A stretch of DNA of 64,000 nt from Candidatus Eiseniibacteriota bacterium (GTDB lineage: Bacteria; Eisenbacteria; RBG-16-71-46; JABDJR01): NCBI GenBank assembly GCA_963783375.1, contig CAWANH010000029.1, positions 1,376,001-1,440,000 of the forward strand. The letters are read 5' to 3'. The position numbers and the translations under genes were made by a program. Positions 37,689 to 46,751 of this stretch are shown piece by piece (within the stretch, counting starts at the first letter, position 1; every line of letters begins with the position of its first letter). The notes under the pieces were generated by a model. It did not search any database and had not been told where the DNA came from. It worked only from the letters and a program-made list of their open reading frames with translations.

Positions 37689-38717
37689 GTGCGGAAACCA
37701 GTGGTTCTCATCACCGGGGCGAACGGAGAGGTCGGGCACGGGCTCATCCAGGAGCTGGCCCACGACGGCCACGAGGACATCCTGGCCATGGACCTGGACC
37801 CGGTGGAGGAGTCGCTGGCCGGACTCTGCCGGGCCACCTTCGTGGGGAACATCCTCGACCGTCACCTGATGGAACGCATCGTGAGCGAGTACGAGGTGCG
37901 GGAGATCTACCATCTCGCCGCCCTCCTCTCCACCCGCGCGGAGTACACCCCCGAGACCGCCCACCAGGTGAACGTGGAGGGGACGATGGGGCTCCTCCAG
38001 CTCGCCATGGAGCAGTCGAGCTGGCGCGGCGAACCGGTGAAGTTCCTCTACCCCAGCTCCATCGCGGTCTACGGCCTCCCCGATCTCGCCACCAAGGAAC
38101 GGGCGGGGAAGGTCAAGGAATACGAGTGGACCAACCCCACCACCATGTACGGCTGCAACAAGCTCTACACCGAGAACCTGGGCCGCTACTTCGCCCAGCA
38201 CTACCGGCAGCTCGCGGCGGAGCTGGACAGCCGCCGGGTGGACTTCCGCTGCCTCCGGTATCCGGGGATCATCAGCGCGGTCACCATGCCCACCGGGGGC
38301 ACCAGCGACTTCGCCCCGGAGATGATCCACGCCGGGGCCAAGGGCGAGCCCTACGCCTGCTTCGTGCGCGAGGATTCCATCATCCCCTTCATGGCCATGC
38401 CGGACGCGATCAAGGCCATCCTGAGGCTGGCCGGGGCGGAGGTGGGACACCTGAAGCGCCGGATCTACAACGTCACCAGCTTCAGCCTGGCCGCCGGGGA
38501 GATCCGGGACCGGGTGGTGAAGGCCTTCCCCTCCGCCGACATCACCTTCGAACCGGATCTCAAGCGCCAGGCCATCGTGGACACCTGGCCCCTGGACGTG
38601 GACGACGGCCCCGCCCGCCGGGAGTGGGGCTGGCAGCCGGAGTACGACGCCGACCGCGCCTTCGACGAGTACCTGGTGCCGGAGATCCGGAAGCAGTATC
38701 ACGCGGCGAAGGGCTGA
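37689..38717 (+). CDS. NAD-dependent epimerase/dehydratase SDR (L-threonine 3-dehydrogenase-like)
   Basis: ITGANGEVG, YHLAALLS, PSSIAVYG, YGCNK and GGTSDF; GTG start. Confidence 0.85.
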   Translation: MRKPVVLITGANGEVGHGLIQELAHDGHEDILAMDLDPVEESLAGLCRATFVGNILDRHLMERIVSEYEVREIYHLAALLSTRAEYTPETAHQVNVEGTMGLLQLAMEQSSWRGEPVKFLYPSSIAVYGLPDLATKERAGKVKEYEWTNPTTMYGCNKLYTENLGRYFAQHYRQLAAELDSRRVDFRCLRYPGIISAVTMPTGGTSDFAPEMIHAGAKGEPYACFVREDSIIPFMAMPDAIKAILRLAGAEVGHLKRRIYNVTSFSLAAGEIRDRVVKAFPSADITFEPDLKRQAIVDTWPLDVDDGPARREWGWQPEYDADRAFDEYLVPEIRKQYHAAKG

Positions 38718-38918
38718 GAGCCGGAGTCCGGACCGAGAACCGGATTCCCGACCCGAACGGTTGGGTTTTTCGTAATCCACCGGTTTTTCCGTATTCCAGG
38801 TAAGAAATTCCGCCGGTGGCCGGTCTCCTTTGGCGGATGCGCCGATTCTCGGTTAGATTGGTCATATACTGGGTGTAGCCTCCGCACCCTTCTCCCGAGC
38901 CTACGAGGAGACCCGGCC

Positions 38919-41900
38919 GTGACCAGAAAGTCCTTGCCCCTGCTCGTCCTGCCTGCCTGTTTGGCCCTCTGGTCGGCCCGGACCTTCGCCGCGCCCCCAC
39001 GCCTCCCCCCGGTCAAGGATCTCTCGACCACCGTGGCATCGCCGCCCGCCGTCCGACTGCCCGCGGGGGTGTTCTCCACCGCGGCGGTGGAGACGACCTG
39101 GTTCGGCGGCACGGTCTGGGACGCCGATTCCTCGCGCTGGGAGGCGATTCCCGGGGGAACCTGGACGTTCGACAGCGGGGTGGGTTCGAGTTACGAGCAC
39201 CCTGCCGGCTCCTGCAAGGACCCTTCGCTCCACAGTCGCATGGAGGGGTGGACGAGCGAGGACTGGAGCATCGGGGGGCCTGAAGCCCGCTTCCGTCGGC
39301 TCACCGTTGCGGACTTCGCACCCGGTATTGCCTGCGTCGGCTCGGACGCCGGTTTGGGGGGTAACGCCTCCGCCTGGGCCGGGCTCCTCCAGCCCGAGGC
39401 CGGCTCCCTCTGCTGGGTCTCCGGCCAGGGATACGGCAATTACTGGTACGTGTGCTTCGAGAAGACGTTCACCACCGATGGGAGCGGCAATGTCGCTCTG
39501 GTCTACGACTACACCAACGATACCGAACCCAACTACGACTTCAGCCGGGTCCTGGTCGATACCACGGGGGCCGGGTCGGCTCCCGATGTAGAACTCACGA
39601 CCTATACGGGGGCGGTGTCCGCGACCCACGACTCCCTGACGTTGGTCCCGGGGGCGACGCTTCCGGGTGGCCTGGGGCTCTATACCGTCAAGTTCTGCGC
39701 GACTTCCGACGGCGCCTATTCGGACGAGGACGGGTACACTCCTACGACCTGCGGCGCCTTCGCGGTGGACAACATCGCGGTCACCGGCGGCGGCGTCTCG
39801 GACGTCTCCGATTTCGAGACCGGGGACGACGGCTGGGTGGAAGTCCATCCCTGCCGGGGGCGTGGTGATTTCGCGGACATCCGGGACCTGTCCGACCTGC
39901 CGGTCATCCCGGGGTCGACCGGGTCCTGCGACCTCAGCGACTCGGTCCTGGTCTTCTTCGACCCCGCCACGGGGAGGCACCCCCTCATGCAGGACAACGT
40001 GGCGATCTCCCCCTGGATCGACCTCGCGGCGGCCGGTGTGGCCGGACAGGCCGGAAAGGTGGTCCAGACCGACTTCTACGCCGACCTTCCCCTGCAGGAC
40101 TACGTCTTCGTCGAGGTTCTGGTGCAGTGGTACCCCGACACCTGCGGCGTCACCGGCCTTCCGGAAGTCAGCCCGTTCGTCTCCGCCGGATCGGTGTACT
40201 ACTTCGGGAACACGCCCCGCTGCAGTGGACCGGGAGCCGGGCCCTTCCGGCTGGATTTCGCGCCGTTCGTCAACCCGCAGGCCATCCGGATGCGGATCGC
40301 GCTGGGAGTCTGGGAGTCCTCCTGCAACTTCATCGAATGCCGCTCCGGGGGGAACGCATCCCCCTGGTTCGACAACGTGCGGGTGGGGGTGTACGCGCCC
40401 CCGCCCGACATCCAGGACCTGATCGACGCCGCCGCTCCCGGGGACACCCTCCGGGTGCCGGCCTGGACCTACACCGGGCCGCGGAACCGCGACCTGGATT
40501 TCCGCGGCAAGAACCTGGTGCTCTTGGGCGCGGGCAAAGACGGCACGATCATCGACTGCGAGGGGCTGGGCCGGGGATTTCTGTTCCAGACCGGCGAGGA
40601 CTCCACCGCGGTTGTCCAGGGGTTCACGATCCGGAACGCCTGGGCCGGCCTGGATTCGACGGGAGCGGAGCGGAACGGGGGGGGCGCCGGGCTGTCCGGG
40701 GCATCTCCGACCTTCCGGGATTGCACGTTCGAGTCCTGCAACGCCTTCAACGGGGGCGGTATCTACGCAACGGGGGGCTCTTCCCTCAGGCTGGAATCCT
40801 GCCGTTTCGACACCCAGACCGCTTCCGAGAGAGGCGGAGGACTCTATCTCTCCGGCGCCGCCGCAACGCTACAGGAATGCTCCTTCGATTCCTGTCACGC
40901 GCAGGAAGGGGGAGGGCTCTACGGCGATATCGGTTCCTCGATCGACCTGAAGGAGTGCACCTTCAGCTCCAACACCGCCGTGCAAGATGGCGGCGGGCTC
41001 ACCGCCGGCGGCGATACGCTCCATGTCGGTGGTTGCCTGTTCCTGAACAACGTATCCGACCACGGAAGCGGTGGGGGCGGGTTTCTCTACTGCCCTTCAA
41101 CCGTCGACAGCTGCACCTTCTCGGGGAATGCGGGTATCGCTCTCTATTCCGGGTACTCCTACCAGTTGTGGAGCCCCCAGCCCGGATCCTCAATCCGGCT
41201 TCAAGGCCTTGCAGGCTCCTCGACGCTGTCCGGGGCGTACTATCCGATCGAGATAACCAGATGTGATTTCCAGGATAACTCGGGAAGCGCCGTAGCCGGG
41301 GGTGGAATCTCCATCGAGGGGTGCACCTTCGTGGGAAACACCGGTACGAACGGGGGAGCCGTAAACGCGAACTTCGTCTCGGTGATCGGATGCCTCTTCA
41401 CCGACAACACGGCCGAGAACCGGGGGGGAGCCCTCTTCGGTTTCGTGGTCGATTACGAGGACTGCACGATTAGCGGCAATCAGGCCGGTGAAGGGGGGGG
41501 GCTGTTCATCGGGAACGGGCTCGTCTCCTGGAGTCATGTGAGCGGGTGCGGCATCACCGGAAACCGGGCGACCCGGGGCGGCGGTGCGGCCTTCTGGCCG
41601 GGGGACGATCTCGTCCTATTCGATCACTGCACGATAGCCGGCAACTCCGCCCATCTGGGCGGCGGCATCTTCGTCAACGAGGCCGCGCAGCCTACGATTC
41701 AGCACTCCATCCTGGCGGTCAATTGCGCCGACAGCCTTGGACCCACGCTCTTCACAGAATCCGAGATATCCTCGGCTGACTTTGTCTGCTCCGCGGTGGA
41801 TTCCGCAGGCATCGCGGGCTCGGGCGCGGTCACCTACACCGGCCCCCAGGTGTTCACCAACCCCGTCTTCTGCGGTCCCGTGTCCTGTGAGAGCGCCCCC

Positions 41901-42302
41901 ACCACCGACGGCGATTACCGCCTCGCCGCCAACTCGCCGTGCCTGCCGGGGGCCAGCCCCTGTGACTCCCTGATCGGGGCGCTCGGCGAGGGCTGCGCCA
42001 TCGTCGGCGTGCCCGGCGGGAAACCACCGGTCGTCACCCGGCCGCTCCTGGCGGCGTTCCCCAATCCTTTCACGGGGTCGCTCCGGATCCAGTACGCGGT
42101 GCCGGGGATGGCGCCGCCGCGCCTCAGCATCTACACCATCGCGGGACGGCTGGTGCGGGAGCTTCGACCGGCGGCGACGTCAGGGATCGTCACCTGGGAC
42201 GGTCGTGATGCAGACGGCGCGGAACTCCCCGCGGGGGTCTACTTCGTGAAGATGGCGGGGCCGGCTGGCGGCAGCGTCCAGCGGGTGGTGCTCCTGCGAT
42301 AA
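38919..42302 (+). CDS. Large secreted protein with right-handed beta-helix repeats and C-terminal FlgD-Ig domain
   Basis: Signal peptide; IQDLIDAA..GD..YTG..NR.LDF.GK; repeated CxFxxN.A..GGG; C-terminal PNPF...WDGRD...GVYF. Confidence 0.8.
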   Translation: MTRKSLPLLVLPACLALWSARTFAAPPRLPPVKDLSTTVASPPAVRLPAGVFSTAAVETTWFGGTVWDADSSRWEAIPGGTWTFDSGVGSSYEHPAGSCKDPSLHSRMEGWTSEDWSIGGPEARFRRLTVADFAPGIACVGSDAGLGGNASAWAGLLQPEAGSLCWVSGQGYGNYWYVCFEKTFTTDGSGNVALVYDYTNDTEPNYDFSRVLVDTTGAGSAPDVELTTYTGAVSATHDSLTLVPGATLPGGLGLYTVKFCATSDGAYSDEDGYTPTTCGAFAVDNIAVTGGGVSDVSDFETGDDGWVEVHPCRGRGDFADIRDLSDLPVIPGSTGSCDLSDSVLVFFDPATGRHPLMQDNVAISPWIDLAAAGVAGQAGKVVQTDFYADLPLQDYVFVEVLVQWYPDTCGVTGLPEVSPFVSAGSVYYFGNTPRCSGPGAGPFRLDFAPFVNPQAIRMRIALGVWESSCNFIECRSGGNASPWFDNVRVGVYAPPPDIQDLIDAAAPGDTLRVPAWTYTGPRNRDLDFRGKNLVLLGAGKDGTIIDCEGLGRGFLFQTGEDSTAVVQGFTIRNAWAGLDSTGAERNGGGAGLSGASPTFRDCTFESCNAFNGGGIYATGGSSLRLESCRFDTQTASERGGGLYLSGAAATLQECSFDSCHAQEGGGLYGDIGSSIDLKECTFSSNTAVQDGGGLTAGGDTLHVGGCLFLNNVSDHGSGGGGFLYCPSTVDSCTFSGNAGIALYSGYSYQLWSPQPGSSIRLQGLAGSSTLSGAYYPIEITRCDFQDNSGSAVAGGGISIEGCTFVGNTGTNGGAVNANFVSVIGCLFTDNTAENRGGALFGFVVDYEDCTISGNQAGEGGGLFIGNGLVSWSHVSGCGITGNRATRGGGAAFWPGDDLVLFDHCTIAGNSAHLGGGIFVNEAAQPTIQHSILAVNCADSLGPTLFTESEISSADFVCSAVDSAGIAGSGAVTYTGPQVFTNPVFCGPVSCESAPTTDGDYRLAANSPCLPGASPCDSLIGALGEGCAIVGVPGGKPPVVTRPLLAAFPNPFTGSLRIQYAVPGMAPPRLSIYTIAGRLVRELRPAATSGIVTWDGRDADGAELPAGVYFVKMAGPAGGSVQRVVLLR

Positions 42303-42447
42303 GGTCGTACAAGCCCACAGCTTGTATGTTTTTCCCCGGGTATCTCGATGTAGGATAATAACTTAAGTCCTGGCAAGCAATTGCCGGTCAACCTGGTCGA
42401 TGGTTCCCGCGCGCCTGACCTCGGAGACCACGCCCCCCCGCCAGGGT

Positions 42448-43404
42448 TCACTCGGTTTCCCCGGGTACACCCGGCTCCGCCCCCGGCTTCGCCGCCTCCC
42501 CCAGCCAATCCCGGGGGGTCAGGAACTCCTCCAGGAGCCGGGCCTCGGGCGAGCCCGGCTCGGGCTCCCAGTCGTAGCGCCAGCGCACCACCGGGGGCAT
42601 CGAGGACAGCACCGACTCGATCCGCCGACCCGACTGGAGCCCGTAGCGGGTGCCGCGGTCGTAGAGCAGGTTGAACTCCACGTAGCGGCCGCGGCGCATG
42701 AGCTGGAAGTCGCGCTCGCGCTCGCCGTAATCCATGCCCTTCCGCCGGGTCAGGATCGGGAGGTATCCGGGGAGGAACGCGTCGCCGACGCTGCGCAGGA
42801 ACTCGAAGGTGCGCTCGAACCCCCACGTGTCGAGATCGTCGAAGAAGAGCCCCCCCACGCCGCGCGCCTCCTCGCGATGGGGGAGGAAGAAGTACCGGTC
42901 GCACTCGGCCTTGAACCGGGGGTACACCTCGGCCCCGAAGGGCTCGCAGGCGGCCAGCGCGTTCCGGTGCCAGTGCACCGCGTCCTCGACGAAGCCGTAG
43001 CAGGGGGTGAGGTCGAAGCCCCCCCCGAACCACCACACGGGCTCCCGGCGCGCCATCTCGGCCACGAAGCAGCGCAGGTTCATGTGGGTGATGGGGGCGT
43101 AGGGATTTCTCGGATGGATGATCATCGAGAGCGAGACGGCCTGGAAGCCCCGCCCGGCCAGCTCGGGCCGGCGGGCGGTGGCCGCCTCGGGGAGCGCGTC
43201 GCCGACCGAGTGGGAGAAGTTGACCGCCGCCTTCTCGATCGCCCCCCCTTCGCTCAGGACCCGGGGACGGGCCAAGCCGCCGCCTGGATCCTCGTAGCGG
43301 TCCTCCCGGAAGCGTCCCCCGCCGTCCGCCCGCTCCAGCGCTCCGCAGATCGCGTCCTGGAGGGCGAGCAGGTAGTGGCGAACCCGTTCGGCGGGAGCGC
43401 TCAT
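42448..43404 (-). CDS. hemF: Oxygen-dependent coproporphyrinogen III oxidase
   Basis: [34 protein letters not shown] and [16 protein letters not shown]. Confidence 0.95.
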   Translation of the reverse strand: MSAPAERVRHYLLALQDAICGALERADGGGRFREDRYEDPGGGLARPRVLSEGGAIEKAAVNFSHSVGDALPEAATARRPELAGRGFQAVSLSMIIHPRNPYAPITHMNLRCFVAEMARREPVWWFGGGFDLTPCYGFVEDAVHWHRNALAACEPFGAEVYPRFKAECDRYFFLPHREEARGVGGLFFDDLDTWGFERTFEFLRSVGDAFLPGYLPILTRRKGMDYGERERDFQLMRRGRYVEFNLLYDRGTRYGLQSGRRIESVLSSMPPVVRWRYDWEPEPGSPEARLLEEFLTPRDWLGEAAKPGAEPGVPGETE

Positions 43405-43528
43405 CGTCCCCCCCGCCTCGCCAACCGGCAATCGGACGCGTGCCGGCCCGCCTGTCGCGGATGCGACACGCCATGGTTCGCGTCCCTCGGGGCGGGCGCG
43501 CGACACTCCACCCTGATCCCGGACGCGT

Positions 43529-44464
43529 TCATCCTCCGCCCCACGTTTCCTGCTCGAGGGCGACCGCCGCGGGCTCACCGCCGGTGACCCCGGCCAGGAT
43601 GCGATGAACGGCGCGGACGCCGTCGGTAAGCGCCCCCGGTCCCGGCTGGAGGATGGCCGAGGCATCGATCTCGTACACCCGCCCCTCCTTCATGAAGGGG
43701 GCTTCGGGCCAGCCGGCGCGCTTCTCCAGATAATCGCGACGGAACTTCCGCCCGCACCAGGAGGCCATGTACACGTCGGGGTTTCGGCGCAGCACGAACT
43801 CGGGACCGTCCAGGGTCCGGTCCCGGGCCAGCCGGGCGTCCTTGAACTCGGGGAAGATGTCCACCCCGCCGGCGATCTCCACCAGCTCCATGACCCATCG
43901 GATCCCGGAGATGAGCGGGTCGTGCCATTCCTCGAAGTAGACCCGCGGGTGCCAGGGGAACCGTTCCGCCGCCGCGGCGATGGCCGCAAGCTCTTCGCGG
44001 AGGGTCTCGGCGAGGGCCGCCCCGCGCTCGGGCGCACCGATCAAGGCGCCCAGGTTCCGGATCATGCCGAGGATCTCGGCCACCGAGCGCTGGTTGAAGC
44101 AGTGGACCTCGAGGCCGTGCCGGATCAGCTCGGCGCAGATGTCGGCCTGGAGATCGGAGAACCCCAGCACCAGGTCCGGCCGGAGGTCCAGGATCTTCCC
44201 GGTCTCGGCCTTCAAGAACTGGGAAACCACCGGCTTCTCGCGCTTGGCCCGCGGCGGACGCACCGTGAAGGCCGAGATGCCGACGATCCGGTCCTCCGCC
44301 CCCAGCCGGTAGAGGACCTCGGTGGTTTCCTCGGTGAGGCAGACGATCCGGCTCGGCTCGTGGCTCCGGCGCCAGTCGCTCGAGGCTCCGCCGCCCGCGT
44401 CCCCCCCCGGACCGCCGCCGGCCGCAACTTTCGGGCCGCCGCTTCTGGATGAATCGGATTTCAC
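43529..44464 (-). CDS. Cobalamin/Fe-siderophore-binding protein family (BtuF-like), no clear signal peptide
   Basis: [31 protein letters not shown] and ILQPGP; start uncertain. Confidence 0.8.
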   Translation of the reverse strand: MKSDSSRSGGPKVAAGGGPGGDAGGGASSDWRRSHEPSRIVCLTEETTEVLYRLGAEDRIVGISAFTVRPPRAKREKPVVSQFLKAETGKILDLRPDLVLGFSDLQADICAELIRHGLEVHCFNQRSVAEILGMIRNLGALIGAPERGAALAETLREELAAIAAAAERFPWHPRVYFEEWHDPLISGIRWVMELVEIAGGVDIFPEFKDARLARDRTLDGPEFVLRRNPDVYMASWCGRKFRRDYLEKRAGWPEAPFMKEGRVYEIDASAILQPGPGALTDGVRAVHRILAGVTGGEPAAVALEQETWGGG

Positions 44465-44616
44465 TTTGCTATCGTGCTCCCCGGCTATTGCGTTCCCGCC
44501 GGCGGGAACCCGCCGTGCCCGGCGCGGGCGGGAAGGAAAGGGGCGGCGACGACCGCCCGGCGAAGCAGGCATCCTTTTCGGATGTCTCTATCCACAAGGG
44601 TACGAAGATCACATCC

Positions 44617-46638
44617 ATGCGTCGAGTCCCTCTCGCCGTCGCCGGCCTGGTCCTGACCCTGGCCGCCCTCTGGGGCGCGGCCGGACGGGCGCCCCTCGCC
44701 CTCTCCCCCCTGGTGTGGTTCGCCGCCCTCTGGCTCCCCGGGGCCCCCTTCGCCCTCACCGGACGCGGCCCCGCCCGCTTCGACTCCCTCTGGCTCCCCC
44801 TCGCCCTCGGCCCGGTGGTGTTCGGAGCCGGGGTGTGCGCGGGACGCTTCGCCGGGCTTCCCCTCCCGGCGGCCGCCTTCCTCACCGTGGCCGCGAGCTA
44901 CCTCGCGTGGCTCGCCGTGCTCGTGAGCCCGCGGAGCGAAGCCCCCGCCGCACCGGGATCCCCCGCCCCGGGAGGCCCATGGCTGGGGCCGCTCCTGGCC
45001 GGGGCGGCGATCTTCACCCTGGGGATCCTCCCACCGCTCCTCCACCCCCCGCTTCGGGTGCGGGACGACGCGCTCCTCCACCTTCCCATCATCCAGCGCA
45101 TCCTCGCCGGATCGTTTCCCCCGGAGAACCCGTTTCTGGCCGGAACGCCCCTCCCCTACTTCTGGTTCTACCACGCGGTGATGGCCGGGGTGGACCGTCT
45201 CTCCGGGATCCCGCTCCCCTTGAGCCTCACCCTTCTCAACGTCCAGGCGCTCGCGGTGCTGCTCCTGGCCCTGGACCGGCTGGCGCGCCGCCTCGGGCTC
45301 GGGCCCACCGCCCGCGCCGCCACCCTCCTCCTCTTCGGCCTGGGGCTCTCCCCCTGGGGATGGGGCCGGCTCCTGGTGATCCGCGCCACCCACCCCGAAC
45401 TCAACTGGGCGCTGGTGAAGACCTACGGCATCGCCGGGCTCCTCCCGCTCCTGAACCGGATCGATCCCCGGCTGGCGGGATCCCTCACCAAGATCGCGGT
45501 CTCCAACGCCTTCCCCATGAGCCTGGCCCTCTTCGCCCTGGCCGCCACCCCGCCGGCCCGGACCGGCTCCCCGGTCTGGATCCGCCGGGGGATCCTCGTC
45601 GCCGGCTGCGCCCTCTTCCACCTGGTGACCGGGTTCCTCCTCATCGCGGGGCTGGGGCTGGCATGGCTGGTCTCCCGCCTTGCGCCGGACGACGAGTCCG
45701 GCCCCTCGGCCCGCTTCGCCGCGCTCCTCGCCCTGGCCGCGGCCCTGATCGTCACCGTGCCCTACGCGATCGAGGTGATCGGGGCCCGCACCGGGGAGAG
45801 CGCCACCACCCTGGTCTACCAGCCCGACCGGGCCCTGAAACTCCACCTGGCCCTCATCGGAATCTGGCTCCTGGCCCTTCCCGCGCTCGTGACGTGGGCA
45901 CGCCGGGGCCTCGGACGGGCCTGGCTGGCGGTCGGGGCCCCCGCCCTGGTCCTCCCCTTCGCCGTCCACCTGATCGACGGTAACGAGTACAAGTCGATCT
46001 TCCTCCTGCTGGTCCTCCTCGCCCCCGCGGCGGGAGAGGGGCTTCGCCGGATCACCGGAGGCCGTCGGTGGGTCATGGGGCTGGTCGTGGCGGCGTTCGT
46101 CCCCACCGCCTGGCTCGCCGCCCAGGGGTACGTGTCCGATACCCCGCCGGGGGTTCTCTCTCCCGCGGAACGGGGGCGGCTCGAGGCCGCGGCGGCCGCT
46201 CTCCCTTCCGACGCGGTGCTCTGGCGGATCGATCCCGGCCGGGACTATTCCGCCTTCACCTTTCCCCTGGGCCACCCCATGTTCGTGAGCGACCCCTACG
46301 CGCTCCGGATCCTGGGGGTCTGGAACAGCGAGGAGGCGCGCTGGCGCCGGGGGGACCTGAAGGCCGCCGAGGAGGGAAAGCTCCCGGAGGCCCTGGCCGC
46401 GGCCCGGGACCGGCTGGACGGGCGCCCGCTGGCCGTCCTGGTGAGCGACGACGACGCCCGCCGCTACCCCTGGCTCCCGGCCGGGGTCCGGCGACTGGGG
46501 CTCCGCGAGGCGGCCCGGGCCCCCGGTCTCACCCTCTTCGTCCCCCCCGCGCGGGGCCGGGGGCGGGGCCTGCCCGGCTCCCCCGGCCGGACCGGCGCCG
46601 GATCGGGAGATCCTCCGGGAAGCGCGCCAAATCGCTAA
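44617..46638 (+). CDS. Polytopic membrane protein, possibly a GT-C-fold glycosyltransferase
   Basis: Many TMs; DDALLH...PPENPFLAG.PLPYFWFYH loop. Confidence 0.6.
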   Translation: MRRVPLAVAGLVLTLAALWGAAGRAPLALSPLVWFAALWLPGAPFALTGRGPARFDSLWLPLALGPVVFGAGVCAGRFAGLPLPAAAFLTVAASYLAWLAVLVSPRSEAPAAPGSPAPGGPWLGPLLAGAAIFTLGILPPLLHPPLRVRDDALLHLPIIQRILAGSFPPENPFLAGTPLPYFWFYHAVMAGVDRLSGIPLPLSLTLLNVQALAVLLLALDRLARRLGLGPTARAATLLLFGLGLSPWGWGRLLVIRATHPELNWALVKTYGIAGLLPLLNRIDPRLAGSLTKIAVSNAFPMSLALFALAATPPARTGSPVWIRRGILVAGCALFHLVTGFLLIAGLGLAWLVSRLAPDDESGPSARFAALLALAAALIVTVPYAIEVIGARTGESATTLVYQPDRALKLHLALIGIWLLALPALVTWARRGLGRAWLAVGAPALVLPFAVHLIDGNEYKSIFLLLVLLAPAAGEGLRRITGGRRWVMGLVVAAFVPTAWLAAQGYVSDTPPGVLSPAERGRLEAAAAALPSDAVLWRIDPGRDYSAFTFPLGHPMFVSDPYALRILGVWNSEEARWRRGDLKAAEEGKLPEALAAARDRLDGRPLAVLVSDDDARRYPWLPAGVRRLGLREAARAPGLTLFVPPARGRGRGLPGSPGRTGAGSGDPPGSAPNR

Positions 46639-46751
46639 ATAATTGAAACACAAAACCTTACACGGACTTTTTCGAGCTTCTTGCAATCCGACCGTCGATC
46701 CCCTATACAATCCACCCCTGCCTTTGGGTCGTGCACCGTGGAGAGCCTGTC

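Noticed and set aside
37689-38717. SDR epimerase as a tailoring enzyme of the repeat-peptide system
   Set aside because: It matches ordinary threonine-dehydrogenase-like SDRs and is transcribed divergently; nothing beyond adjacency links it.
42370-42385. Sigma-54 promoter-like TGGCAAGCAATTGC
   Set aside because: GG-GC spacing is 9 nt rather than 10, and it lies between convergent genes.
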